Assembly (NCBI GenBank): GCA_963719515.1
Contig: CAVRCJ010000013.1
Location: 1 to 64,000, forward strand
DNA: 64,000 bases
Direction: 5' to 3'
Origin: an uncultured cyanobacterium
GTDB lineage: Bacteria; Cyanobacteriota; Cyanobacteriia; CAKZMO01
This document shows, piece after piece, positions 50,316 to 59,937 of the stretch. Both the position numbers and the translations under genes were made by a program. Position 1 is the first letter of the stretch. Each line of letters begins with the position of its first letter. The notes beneath the pieces were generated by a model that had not been told where the DNA came from, ran no database searches, and saw nothing but the letters and a program-made list of their open reading frames with translations.

Positions 50316-52340
50316 ATGGTTCCACTGCTCGTTCATCTGGTTTTCCATCCAAAATCTCAAAGCGCCCGCGAGCTAGCCGACCGCATCCACGAGGCGCTCA
50401 ACAGCGATCCAGTGGTTCCGGGACTCAATGTTCCGACCCGGTTTACGCCAGAGGATGGGACCACCCTGCCGCCAACCGAGAGCGGCTACTTCGACGACGC
50501 CGAAAAAGTCTTCGTGGCGGTGCTGGCGGATGACTATCTTGCCGCTCCCTACGCCGAAAACCTACCCTCCGGACGTCAGAACTGGGGAGAATGGATTGGC
50601 GGCCTGCATGAGCGCTGCCTCGAAACGGGCAAAGGACGCTGCGTTCCTTTTCAGCTTTCTGAGTACGCCTGGCCGCTAGACGAACGCTTAGGCAACGTGA
50701 GCTTTGCCAGGGTTTGGACCGTTGCAGAAGAGCAGCAAGAAGACTGGGTCAGGCAGAGGCTTGTCATTGAGCTAATTCGGTTCTTGCAAAACCTAGATCC
50801 TGCCGATGCTGCCCATCCCCAGCTCACCGTTCAGGCTTTTATTAGCTACGCAACGCGCGATCTGGGCCAAGAGGCCGCCGTAGTTGAACAGCTGGTGGAC
50901 TCCTTGAAAACCGATCAGCCCGTAAGTCCCTGGATGGATGCGGGCAAGATTCCGGCTGGCGGCGACTTTCGCGATGAGATTACGAAGGGGATTGGCGAAA
51001 GCGCCATCCTCAGCGTGATGACGGACGCCTACGGGTCGCGGGAATGGTGCCGTAAGGAAGTCCTTTTGGCCAAAGAGCTGATGCGCCCGGTGGTGGTGGT
51101 CAACGCGCTGCAGACCCAAGAGGTGAGAAGTTTTCCATACCTCGGGAATGTCCCGGTGCTGCGGTGGGACAACAACCCCCAAATGGCCACCGACCTGCTG
51201 CTAAAAGAAACCCTCAGGCAGCTGCATTCTAAGCAGCTGCTGGCCGGGCAAAAGCAGGACGACGAAACGATATTGACCAGCGCTCCAGAACTGGTGACCG
51301 TGGTCGGGCAGCAGGGCAAGAAGTTTCTCTATCCCGATCCACCGCTTGGTGAAGAGGAAACCAGACTGATTGAAAAAGCGGGTGTGACCATCGAGACCCC
51401 CCTACAGCGCTCTGCCCGCAGTCGGTTTTTAGAGCAGGTGCAAATTGTGGGGTCTTTTTCTGAAAGCGGCGACCTAGAGCGATACGGCCTGGGGAAAGTC
51501 CACCTTGACGAAGCCGCCATCGAGATTAGCCGCTACCTCCTACTCGCTGGGGCTACGCTTTGCTACGGGGGCCACCTTGGCGCAGAAGGCTATACCCTGG
51601 CCCTGTTTGAGCTAGTGCGAGCCCACCCAATTTCTGGAATACCCCCGCTCAAAAGAGTGACAAACTACGTCGGCTGGCCGCTTCCCATAAGCGTCCGCCA
51701 AAGAGCCCAGTTTGCAGCCGTGGCCGCTTTTCGGCAAATGCCGCGACCTTCGGACCTCTCTGAGGCCGATGCCCCAGAGTTTATCCCCAAGATAGAGACG
51801 TTCTTCTCCGATGAGCAATCCCCCCTGCATCGCTTTGCCTGGGCGCGGGGAATGACTGAAATGCGCGAAGCCCAAACGAGTGAAGTGCAGGCCCGCGTCG
51901 TGTTGGGAGGCAAGGTGGGGCCGACGGTCTCGGCAGGGCCCGACGGCGATCGCTCAAAACAGTGGTACAGGTCACGGATTCCGGGGGTCTTAGAAGAAGT
52001 GTTGACCTCTCTTCGGCACCAGCAGCCGGTCTATCTCGTCGGTGGGTTTGGCGGCTGCGCCCGGATGATTGCCGATGTTCTGCAGGGGGGTACTCGTGAG
52101 GAGATGAGCTGGGAGTTTCAAAAAGGCGCGCCCCACGCCGCTGAGATGCGCAGCCTCTACGAGACCCGTGGCTTAGACTGGTGGTCGTACGAGGACATGA
52201 CTCGTTTCCTGCACCAGTCTGGGATTGCAGGCTTACGCAACGGGTTGACAGAGCAAGAAAATAAAGAGCTTTTTGAGACCGCAGATATAGACAGAATTGT
52301 GTTTTTGCTGCTTCGGGGTCTTCAGACCTTGGCGCTGTAG
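50316..52340 (+). CDS. TIR plus SLOG multidomain protein (candidate anti-phage protein)
   Basis: TIR: FISYA..PWMD..I..G..F...I, SREWCRKE. SLOG: LCYGGH, MTEMR, ARVVLGG, PGVLEE, PVYLVGGFGG. AGGAGG RBS before 50316. Confidence 0.82.
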   Translation: MVPLLVHLVFHPKSQSARELADRIHEALNSDPVVPGLNVPTRFTPEDGTTLPPTESGYFDDAEKVFVAVLADDYLAAPYAENLPSGRQNWGEWIGGLHERCLETGKGRCVPFQLSEYAWPLDERLGNVSFARVWTVAEEQQEDWVRQRLVIELIRFLQNLDPADAAHPQLTVQAFISYATRDLGQEAAVVEQLVDSLKTDQPVSPWMDAGKIPAGGDFRDEITKGIGESAILSVMTDAYGSREWCRKEVLLAKELMRPVVVVNALQTQEVRSFPYLGNVPVLRWDNNPQMATDLLLKETLRQLHSKQLLAGQKQDDETILTSAPELVTVVGQQGKKFLYPDPPLGEEETRLIEKAGVTIETPLQRSARSRFLEQVQIVGSFSESGDLERYGLGKVHLDEAAIEISRYLLLAGATLCYGGHLGAEGYTLALFELVRAHPISGIPPLKRVTNYVGWPLPISVRQRAQFAAVAAFRQMPRPSDLSEADAPEFIPKIETFFSDEQSPLHRFAWARGMTEMREAQTSEVQARVVLGGKVGPTVSAGPDGDRSKQWYRSRIPGVLEEVLTSLRHQQPVYLVGGFGGCARMIADVLQGGTREEMSWEFQKGAPHAAEMRSLYETRGLDWWSYEDMTRFLHQSGIAGLRNGLTEQENKELFETADIDRIVFLLLRGLQTLAL

Positions 52341-52360
52341 TGCCTGCCCCGTCGTCACGT

Positions 52361-52545
52361 TCACAAGCGTGATTCGACAAACGCAATCTCTCCTGCTTGA
52401 TCTGCACTGACGCTCTGCAAGCGGGCCAAGTTGGCCTGCCCCAGCTCGACGAGCGTTCCCTGGCTGCGCTGCGTAAAGGTGAGCTCCTCGCGAGCCATTC
52501 CCCCCGACAGGCCCAGGCGATCGCTGCCGTCGTTGGCTGGGGTGA
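52361..52545 (-). pseudogene. C-terminal fragment of an RTX/Ca-binding-type secreted protein
   Basis: Translates to DGSDRLGLSGGMAREELTFTQRSQGTLVELGQANLARLQSVSADQ..*, resembling cyanobacterial RTX protein tails. Confidence 0.55.
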
Positions 52546-52645
52546 CCTACAGGGGGGCATTTAACCCGCTGGCAACGGGGTTTAAGGAAATTTCTCGCTC
52601 TGAGAGGTCGGGAAGCATGGCGCTATCCTTTGTGTTGAACCTTAA

Positions 52646-52822
52646 CGCTGCTCAAGTCATCAACGCCCGTGGAATTTCGGGTACTCAAATTGCCTGTGGA
52701 GTCGAGGTAGCGGGGATGTGGGAAACCATATCTAGCCAACTGGCCCAGAAGCAGGAAGCTCATCGGGTGACCGATGAAGCCCGCGCTCTATCGCATCAGC
52801 GATGAGCGTCGGGAGTATTCAC
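52646..52822 (+). ncRNA. Stand-alone copy of the tnpB 3' end/right end (putative orphan omegaRNA scaffold)
   Basis: 173 of 177 nt identical to 37426-37602. Preceded by TTAA, ends in TCAC, no left end or tnpB body. Confidence 0.68.
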
Positions 52823-52902
52823 TAGTTTCTCTCTGGCTGTAGCGCCTTTGAGATGGGGGGAGGCCCGCTTGCGGGAGAAGAGCGATCGCCTAACCCAGCG
52901 CC

Positions 52903-54606
52903 TCAGCACCGGTAATGCTGATACTTATAGCCATCGACGCGCTCTGTCTTGTGATAGCGACAGCCGTAGCGCCTCAATCCGGGCTGACCGGCGTAATTGA
53001 TCAGCCACAGATCTTCTCCCTCCGGCAAAGACTCCAGCAGCGCAGCACCGGGAGCACCGCAGTTTTGCTCCCCCGTCTTGGCGCAGGGCTGCGGGTCAAG
53101 GAAAAACCGGAATTGATCTAGAAGCTCGGGGCGGTGGGTTTTGATATCCCAGGCGATCGCCATCAGCCGCCCTGTCTGCCCGTGGGACTGGTGAGAAGCC
53201 GCAGCCACGGCGGGGCGCTGGGTTTCTGCCACCTCCTCGACAATGTCGGCCCCCACAAGGTCGGGGCGATGAACTTTCTGGTAGGCCAGGTTCTGAGCAA
53301 CGCTGACGCTGCCCGCGAGGCTGATGAGCAGGGCTACCCCTACCCCAATGCGGCTGTAGCGCTGGGGCGATCGCCATCGTTGGGCCAGCCCTACCGCCAT
53401 CACGCCTACAAACGCCGGGAAATAGACAAAGTGGTAGCGCAAGACCTGCGCGAGCCCCACCTGCTGACCGTAGCTGATGGCCCAGAGAATGGCAATGCTG
53501 GCGGCGCAGGTGCCCCACAGGCTAGCGAACTGGCCTACAGCCGGACGGCTACGCCACGGGACCAAGCCTCCCAAACTCCCCCCGACGCTCCAAACCGCGA
53601 TCGCGATCGCCAGCACCGCTGACAAGATGGCGACCCAGCCGGGCACACCCTGGATGGGGAGTAGGTAGACCATGCTAACGGCGCTAGCCACAGTGTGGGT
53701 GACGGGGGCAATCCAGTCTGCCCCCGACCAAGAAGACTGAATCCACTGGGTCAGCTGCCCTTGGTCGGGGGCAGCGACCAGGGCAAAAATCCAGGGAATA
53801 CCGCTGACAGCGGTGCCCAGAGCGACCAGCCCGAGGCCCGCTGCAGCGCGAGGTAAGACACCGTCGGGCCGTCGCCACAGATAAGCTGCACCGACCAGCA
53901 CCAGCACCTGCGCCAGAAGCGCGATCGCCATGAAATAGTGGGTGGCCAGCCCCAGACCATTCACCCCAATCCACACCAGCACCAGCCAAAAAGGCAGCGG
54001 CCTGCCCTGCTCCATTCGCCGCAGCGCTTCCGTGAGGCAATACAGCGACGCCGTAATCCATACTAGAGCTAGGGTGTAGTGGCGGGCCTCCTGTGAGAGG
54101 TAAAGCCCAAAAGGCGATAGGGCCGTCAGGGCAGCGGCAAACTGGGCCGTGACGGGAGACCGCAGCGTTAAAAAGACCAAACCGTAGATCAGGGGCGTCA
54201 GCAGCGCGCCAATGAGAGCCGAGAGCGATCGCGCCACCGCAGGCACAACGGCGCTACCGTCGGCATGGGTGAGCTGCAGCCAGCTGTGCATCAGCGCAAA
54301 GAACAGCGGCGGGTGATTGCTGTAGGCCAAAATCGATGAGGACGCATCCCCGGCGGTCTTTGTGGCGTCTATCTGCAGCGGCTGCAGCAGCGCCTCTGCC
54401 GTCAGCATCTGGCTGAGGGGCACCGCCTTGAAGCCGTGGCCAAGGCTAAAGGCCAGCGTCGAAATTTCGTCGGTCCACAGGGGTTTGAGGTCGAGCTGGT
54501 AGAGCCGCAGCCCTAGGGCAAGCGCGGTCCATCCGGCCACGAGAAGGAGCTGTTTGCCGTTGCCCATCACAAGCGCGTCTGCTGCACGGTATACCCAGAA
54601 CAGCAT
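52903..54606 (-). CDS. GT-C fold (family 39/83-like) membrane glycosyltransferase
   Basis: LWTDE, HPPLFF, SQEARHY, multiple TM segments. Confidence 0.85.
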   Translation of the reverse strand: MLFWVYRAADALVMGNGKQLLLVAGWTALALGLRLYQLDLKPLWTDEISTLAFSLGHGFKAVPLSQMLTAEALLQPLQIDATKTAGDASSSILAYSNHPPLFFALMHSWLQLTHADGSAVVPAVARSLSALIGALLTPLIYGLVFLTLRSPVTAQFAAALTALSPFGLYLSQEARHYTLALVWITASLYCLTEALRRMEQGRPLPFWLVLVWIGVNGLGLATHYFMAIALLAQVLVLVGAAYLWRRPDGVLPRAAAGLGLVALGTAVSGIPWIFALVAAPDQGQLTQWIQSSWSGADWIAPVTHTVASAVSMVYLLPIQGVPGWVAILSAVLAIAIAVWSVGGSLGGLVPWRSRPAVGQFASLWGTCAASIAILWAISYGQQVGLAQVLRYHFVYFPAFVGVMAVGLAQRWRSPQRYSRIGVGVALLISLAGSVSVAQNLAYQKVHRPDLVGADIVEEVAETQRPAVAAASHQSHGQTGRLMAIAWDIKTHRPELLDQFRFFLDPQPCAKTGEQNCGAPGAALLESLPEGEDLWLINYAGQPGLRRYGCRYHKTERVDGYKYQHYRC

Positions 54607-54657
54607 ACTCGGAGATGCGTTGCTGCCTGCAGTCGAGCAGCGCCGAGCGGACTAAGC

Positions 54658-54954
54658 CTAGTCGGCGTCTTCCGCGTCGATGGTGGCGCTGGGGGAGGCG
54701 TCATACAGATCGTTGAGGCGATCGCGGGCGTCGTCTACCGACATGGAGCGCATGACGAGATAGGCCTCGCGAATCACGTCCCCAGAGTCGTCAAATAGCT
54801 CGGGGTGGGTGGGTTTGGGCTGCTGATTTGTGGGGGGCTGAGCGCGGTATCCGCGCTGAGACTCGGTGCCTAGAACCATCAAGTTCTTAATTAAGTTGGC
54901 GATGGCGACGGAGGCCAAGACGGTGAACGCCAGAAGGTATAGCAGGTGCAGCAT
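54658..54954 (-). CDS. DUF2973 family protein
   Basis: MLHLLYLLAF, HPEL.D..G, LVMRS. Confidence 0.8.
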   Translation of the reverse strand: MLHLLYLLAFTVLASVAIANLIKNLMVLGTESQRGYRAQPPTNQQPKPTHPELFDDSGDVIREAYLVMRSMSVDDARDRLNDLYDASPSATIDAEDAD

Positions 54955-55080
54955 GGCTTTTTAAAAGGGGTTATAGGGTGTTAAGTGAAAATTAAATGAA
55001 TAAAGAAACCGGGCTACGAGGGCATTGCGTGAGCGCTTGGCCCCTTACCATTACTTGAGCATTCCCATAACTGTTGCCCG

Positions 55081-55392
55081 TTAGTCCTCAGAAGCTGACG
55101 TGTGATAGTCGATCGAAACGCGCCAGCATTCTGCCACCAGCTGATGCCACCGCTTAACTGCAGCCGGGTCGATGCCCACCTGCTGGTCGGTGGCTTGGAA
55201 GAGGGCGATCGCAGCACTGACTTCCTGCTGAGCCTGATGCACGCGGGCAAGCAAATCGGCCTGCTGGCCTGTGGTGAGGTTGGGCAGCTCACGCTGAAGC
55301 AGCGACTGGGCCCGTCCTAGCCAGTAAATAAAGTCATCAAGCAACGGCTGAAGCACCGTCTGTAGCAGCTCGGATTGTGAATATCCAGACAT
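55081..55392 (-). CDS. DUF2605 family protein
   Basis: LLQTVLQPLLDDF.YW, WHQLVAECW. Confidence 0.8.
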   Translation of the reverse strand: MSGYSQSELLQTVLQPLLDDFIYWLGRAQSLLQRELPNLTTGQQADLLARVHQAQQEVSAAIALFQATDQQVGIDPAAVKRWHQLVAECWRVSIDYHTSASED

Positions 55393-55640
55393 AAAATTCT
55401 AATGCGGCCTTTAACCGTATTATATAGCCTTTACGTTTTGTTACGGTCTCTCATTCTATAGAGTTTGCCCCGTCACGGTCTTCTTCCGCAGGCTATATTC
55501 GAATCTCATCCTGTGCTTTAGAGAGAGCTGCGAGGCCGCTCGCCTGCGCTCAACAGGTCCACCAGTCGTTAATATGGTTAGGAGCATTGCCCTGTCTCCG
55601 CACAGCGCTGCCCAGTCTTACTACGCGAACCCGGTTGCCA

Positions 55641-57485
55641 ATGTCATCTGACGTCCTCTCCTCCAGCGCAGCGCCCAACGTGGAAAAGATCCACCTGCCC
55701 CGCACCAGCGAGTCTGAAAGCTTGAAGCGCATTCGCCACACCATGTCTCACGTGATGGCCATGGCGGTGCAAAAGCTGTTTCCGAAGGCGCAGGTGACCA
55801 TCGGTCCCTGGATTGAGACAGGGTTTTACTACGATTTTGACAGCCCTGATTCTTTTACGGAGAAGGACCTCAAGGCCATCCGCAAGGAGATGATCAAGAT
55901 CATCAACCGCAAGCTGCCGGTGGTGCGGGAAGAGGTTACCCGGGAGGAGGCGGCTGAGCGTATTCGGGCGCTGAACGAGCCCTACAAGCTAGAAATCTTA
56001 GGCGACATCGACAGTGAGCCCATCACCCTTTACCACCTGGGCGAATTGTGGTGGGACCTGTGCGGTGGCCCCCACATGGAGAATACGGGAGACCTTAACC
56101 CCAAGGCTTTTGAGCTGGAGAGCGTGGCGGGAGCCTACTGGCGGGGGGATGAGACCAAAGCGCAGCTGCAGCGCATCTACGGCACGGCCTGGGAGACCCC
56201 CGAGCAGCTCGCAGAGCACAAGCGGCGGCGAGAGGAAGCCCTCAAGCGGGACCACCGCCGTTTGGGTAAAGAGCTGGGGCTATTTCTGTTTGCGGACTTG
56301 GTCGGGCCGGGCCTGCCCCTTTGGACCCCCAAGGGCACCATTCTCCGCTCCACCCTGGAGGATTTTCTGAAGCAGGAGCAGGTCAAGCGGGGCTACCTGC
56401 CCGTGGTCACGCCCCACATCGCCCGAATAGATCTATTTAAGGTGTCGGGCCACTGGCAAAACTACAAAGAGGACATGTTTCCGATGATGGCGGAGGACGA
56501 CGACGCCCGCGCCTCTGAGCAGGGTTTTGCCCTCAAGCCCATGAACTGCCCCTTCCACATTCAGATCTACAAAAGCCAGCTGCGATCCTACCGGGAGCTG
56601 CCCATTCGCTACGCCGAGTTCGGCACCGTCTATCGCTACGAGCAGTCGGGTGAGCTGGGCGGGCTGACGCGGGTGCGGGGCTTTACGGTGGACGACTCCC
56701 ACCTGTTTGTGACCCCAGACCAGCTAGAGGCGGAGTTCCTCAAGGTGGTGGACCTAATTTTGTCGGTGTTCCAAAGTCTGCAGCTGAAGAACTTCAAGGC
56801 GCGGCTCAGCTTCCGCGACCCCGAATCCGATAAGTACATCGGCGGAGATGAGGTGTGGAACAAAGCAGAGGCCGCCATCCGCAACGCCGCTGAGACCCTG
56901 GGCATGGAGTATTTTGAGGGCGTCGGCGAGGCGGCCTTCTACGGCCCCAAGCTAGACTTCATCTTTCAAGATGCCTTGGACCGGGAGTGGCAGCTGGGCA
57001 CCGTGCAGGTGGACTACAACCTGCCGGAGCGCTTTGAGCTAGAGTACGTGGCCGAGGACGGCACGCGGCAGCGCCCGGTGATGATTCACCGCGCCCCCTT
57101 TGGCTCCTTGGAGCGGCTGATCGGCATTCTCATCGAGGAGTATGCGGGGGACTTCCCTCTGTGGCTAGCGCCCGTACAGGTGCGGCTGCTGCCGGTAACC
57201 GAAGAGCACGTCGGCTTTGCCCAAGAGGTGGCGGAGAAGATGCGATCGCTTGGAGGTCGGGTGGAAGTGGACTTAGGAGGCGATCGCCTTGGTAAGATGA
57301 TTCGCACCGCCGAGAAGGAAAAGATCCCCGTGATGGCGGTGGTGGGGGCGAAAGAGGTGGAGTCAAACAGCCTCAGCCTGAGGGTCCGGCACACGGGCCG
57401 CGACACCGAGGATTTAGGCTCGCTGCCGCTAGAGCAGGTGCTGGAGCGACTGCAGAAGGCGATCGCAGAGCGGACGGCGTTTTAG
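55641..57485 (+). CDS. thrS: Threonine--tRNA ligase
   Basis: RHTMSH, DLCGGPH, GAYWRG, KPMNCP, TRVRGF, GEAAFYGPK, MIHRA. Confidence 0.98.
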   Translation: MSSDVLSSSAAPNVEKIHLPRTSESESLKRIRHTMSHVMAMAVQKLFPKAQVTIGPWIETGFYYDFDSPDSFTEKDLKAIRKEMIKIINRKLPVVREEVTREEAAERIRALNEPYKLEILGDIDSEPITLYHLGELWWDLCGGPHMENTGDLNPKAFELESVAGAYWRGDETKAQLQRIYGTAWETPEQLAEHKRRREEALKRDHRRLGKELGLFLFADLVGPGLPLWTPKGTILRSTLEDFLKQEQVKRGYLPVVTPHIARIDLFKVSGHWQNYKEDMFPMMAEDDDARASEQGFALKPMNCPFHIQIYKSQLRSYRELPIRYAEFGTVYRYEQSGELGGLTRVRGFTVDDSHLFVTPDQLEAEFLKVVDLILSVFQSLQLKNFKARLSFRDPESDKYIGGDEVWNKAEAAIRNAAETLGMEYFEGVGEAAFYGPKLDFIFQDALDREWQLGTVQVDYNLPERFELEYVAEDGTRQRPVMIHRAPFGSLERLIGILIEEYAGDFPLWLAPVQVRLLPVTEEHVGFAQEVAEKMRSLGGRVEVDLGGDRLGKMIRTAEKEKIPVMAVVGAKEVESNSLSLRVRHTGRDTEDLGSLPLEQVLERLQKAIAERTAF

Positions 57486-57530
57486 GAATTGGGTTTAGAG
57501 CCTGCGGGCCCTTAGAACCCTTTCAGGAGT

Positions 57531-58247
57531 CTAATCCGCGTCGGACTCAGACTGCAGAATGTCGGCCACTTCCGGAAAATGGTGACGCATGCAGTCGTGG
57601 CAGATGCCGTGGGTAAACCCAACGTCTGCATGCCGTTCGATGAACTCTTCTACCGTTGACCAATATCCCTCGTCGTTGCGAATGCCCTTGCAGTAGGAGC
57701 AAATCGGGATCAGCCCTTCCATCAAGGTAATTTTATCTAGGGCGGTTGCGAGGTGAGACGAGACGCGCTGCAGCTCTAGAAGCGTGACCACCTGGCGGCT
57801 CAAGGATTCGAGAGATTCTTGCTGACGTTTCGACAGCGCTCTAGGTTGGTGGTCAACGACGCAAAGCGTCCCGATGATCTGTTTTTCAGGGGTGACCAGC
57901 GGCACACCGGCGTAGAAGCGAATTTTGGGCGCACAGGCCACAAACGGGTTGTCGGCAAAGCGCTCGTCTTTGAGCGTGTCGCCGACAATCAGAATGCGAT
58001 CGCCCAAAATAGCGTGGGCACAAAACGAGACGTCACGACTCGTTTCACGAACCTCTAGCCCGACGCTTGACTTGAACCACTGTCGGTCTGCGTCGACTAG
58101 ACTAACGAGGGCGATGGGAACATCACAGATGAAGGCGGCCAGCGCCGTAATATCGTCGTAGGCCTGCTCTGTGGGTGTATCCAAGATGCTGTATTGCCTC
58201 AGGGCTTCGAGGCGAGCAGCCTCTTGGCTGGGCACTTTAGCTTTCAT
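57531..58247 (-). CDS. GAF-domain protein with a C-terminal Cys/His Zn-ribbon-like domain
   Basis: RQWFKS..SFCAHAI..RFYAGVPL..GTLCV, then IPICSYCK..HGICHDC. Confidence 0.85.
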   Translation of the reverse strand: MKAKVPSQEAARLEALRQYSILDTPTEQAYDDITALAAFICDVPIALVSLVDADRQWFKSSVGLEVRETSRDVSFCAHAILGDRILIVGDTLKDERFADNPFVACAPKIRFYAGVPLVTPEKQIIGTLCVVDHQPRALSKRQQESLESLSRQVVTLLELQRVSSHLATALDKITLMEGLIPICSYCKGIRNDEGYWSTVEEFIERHADVGFTHGICHDCMRHHFPEVADILQSESDAD

Positions 58248-58285
58248 ATCACTGCTCCAAGGATCGGGGCTTGGGATAACGCGGC

Positions 58286-58551
58286 GTGAATACTCCCGGC
58301 ACTTACCTTACGGATAGAGCGCGGGTTCATCGGTCATCCGATGGGCTCCCTGTTCCGCGTTACGGGCATAGTTGCACACATCGCGGCAGACCTCAAACCG
58401 AGAGACCACGAAGGCTTTCTGCTCGAGCGACGAATAAATTCTAGAGGCGCAGTTTGAGGTCAACATATGTCTATTTTGACAGATTTGAGGAGGGTTAACC
58501 GCTCGTCTCATCCCCGTCAAGGAGGAGAACGGGGGGGACTAGTATTGCAGC
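58286..58551 (-). mobile_element. Decayed, internally deleted IS605 derivative of the 36205 family
   Basis: MLTSNCASRIYSSLEQ..CRDVCNYA (TnpB N-terminus) fused to QGAHRMTDE (C-terminus). Right end gggagtatTCAC. Degenerate left end after TTAA. Confidence 0.78.
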
Positions 58552-58570
58552 TTAATCCGCTAAGGCTAGG

Positions 58571-59602
58571 CTAGGCGCAGCTGACCCGGTTGCGTCCGCT
58601 CCGCTTGGCTTGGTAGAGCTGCTCGTCTGCGACTGACACGACAGTCTCAAGACTGCTGGGCTGGATATCTGCTGCGCCAGCGCCCGTCGAACCAATGCTC
58701 ATCACGCCAGTGCTAGTGCTCGTCACGCCAATGCTTAAGGTAACTTCCAGTTCGCAATGGAGGGTTGACCAGTCGTAAGATTCGATCGACTGGCGCAACC
58801 GCTCGCACAGCGTCCTGGCCTGCTCTAAATTCGTTTCGGGAAAGGCCACGATGAATTCTTCGCCGCCAAAGCGAGCGACCAAATCCGTGCTGCGGGTGCC
58901 CTGCAGTAGAATGCGGCCAATCTGCTGCAGGACGCGATCGCCAACTTGATGGGAGAACCTGTCGTTGATGCGCTTGAACAGATCCACATCGGCCAGCATG
59001 AGGCTGAAGGCGCGATCGCCTTTGCTCGCCTGCGCAAGCAGCTGCGGCGCGTATTCATTGAAGAATCTGCGGTTGTAAAGTTGGGTCAGCTCGTCTCGGA
59101 TGCTCAGCTCTTGGACTTCGCTGATTGTTCGGTCTAGAGTCGTCAGGGTGCTTTGGACGTTTATTAGCAGGTTCCCCAGCTCGTCTGAGTAGTCTGTGGG
59201 AAAGTGGGGCAGCTGACGCTGCTCGGTGTACTGCGTCAAGGCATAGATTACCGCCTGGACCGGTTCAGTGTAGGCCCGCAAGGCCGCCAGAGTAATGCCG
59301 GTGCCCAACAGGGTGGCCGCCAGCACGACGGCGAGGTACGACCAGCTGCGACCATTTAGCGGGTCGTGGCTGAAAAGGTAGAGGGTGAGGGTCAATAGGG
59401 GAATATGCGTTCCCAGGAAAGCAATGGCCAGAATTCGGTTGCTAAATCGCTGTGGGTAAGGCAGGCGAGTAAACAGGCGGTACAGCGCCATTTGAGGCGG
59501 TGCGGCGACTTCAATCCCCCCCTCCAAAGCAATTCTTCCTGTCTCAGCTCCGCTCATTTTACTCGGGAAATTGACTTGCATTTCTACAGTAACCCGCTTC
59601 AA
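58571..59602 (-). CDS. Membrane diguanylate cyclase (2 TM, HAMP-like, GGDEF)
   Basis: RDELTQLYNRR, DVDLFKRIND..H..GD, RSTD I-site, RFGGEEF. Start uncertain. Confidence 0.9.
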   Translation of the reverse strand: MKRVTVEMQVNFPSKMSGAETGRIALEGGIEVAAPPQMALYRLFTRLPYPQRFSNRILAIAFLGTHIPLLTLTLYLFSHDPLNGRSWSYLAVVLAATLLGTGITLAALRAYTEPVQAVIYALTQYTEQRQLPHFPTDYSDELGNLLINVQSTLTTLDRTISEVQELSIRDELTQLYNRRFFNEYAPQLLAQASKGDRAFSLMLADVDLFKRINDRFSHQVGDRVLQQIGRILLQGTRSTDLVARFGGEEFIVAFPETNLEQARTLCERLRQSIESYDWSTLHCELEVTLSIGVTSTSTGVMSIGSTGAGAADIQPSSLETVVSVADEQLYQAKRSGRNRVSCA

Positions 59603-59740
59603 TATGGCAGATATTTTATACCACCGTAGCTTGTGGCGTCTTGTAGCGTATGTCCCAAATTCACGCTGCGGCTAGAGACGACCCTCAGCAGAGGTCTTCG
59701 CCAGCGCAGTAGCGCAGTATCTTCTAATGCAGGATAAGAA

Positions 59741-59813
59741 CGCCCCAGGCAGGATTCGAACCTGCGACCGACTGCTTAGAAGGCAGCTGCTCTATCCACT
59801 GAGCTACTGGAGC
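59741..59813 (-). tRNA. tRNA-Arg(UCU)
   Basis: GCTCCAG acceptor stem, TAGCTCAGTGGATAGAGC D arm, anticodon loop CT-TCT-AA, GGTTCGAATCC T arm. CCA not encoded. Confidence 0.96.
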
Positions 59814-59937
59814 AAGGGCAAAGATCCTTCAAAGGACATTTCAGCGGGCGGCTATGGCCAAATTAGCACATCCTCAAACGTTGAGAGCAATGTGACATCC
59901 TCCCGACGCTGATGCTACGCATACAGCGCGGGCTTCC

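Noticed and set aside
51781..52805. ORFs 51781-52560(-) and 52431-52805(+) as partners of TIR-SLOG
   Set aside because: The first is an antisense shadow. The second is a chance frame across the RTX stump and the tnpB tail copy.
59741..59813. tRNA-Arg as an integration site for a prophage or island
   Set aside because: No integrase and no duplicated tRNA 3' end found in the window.
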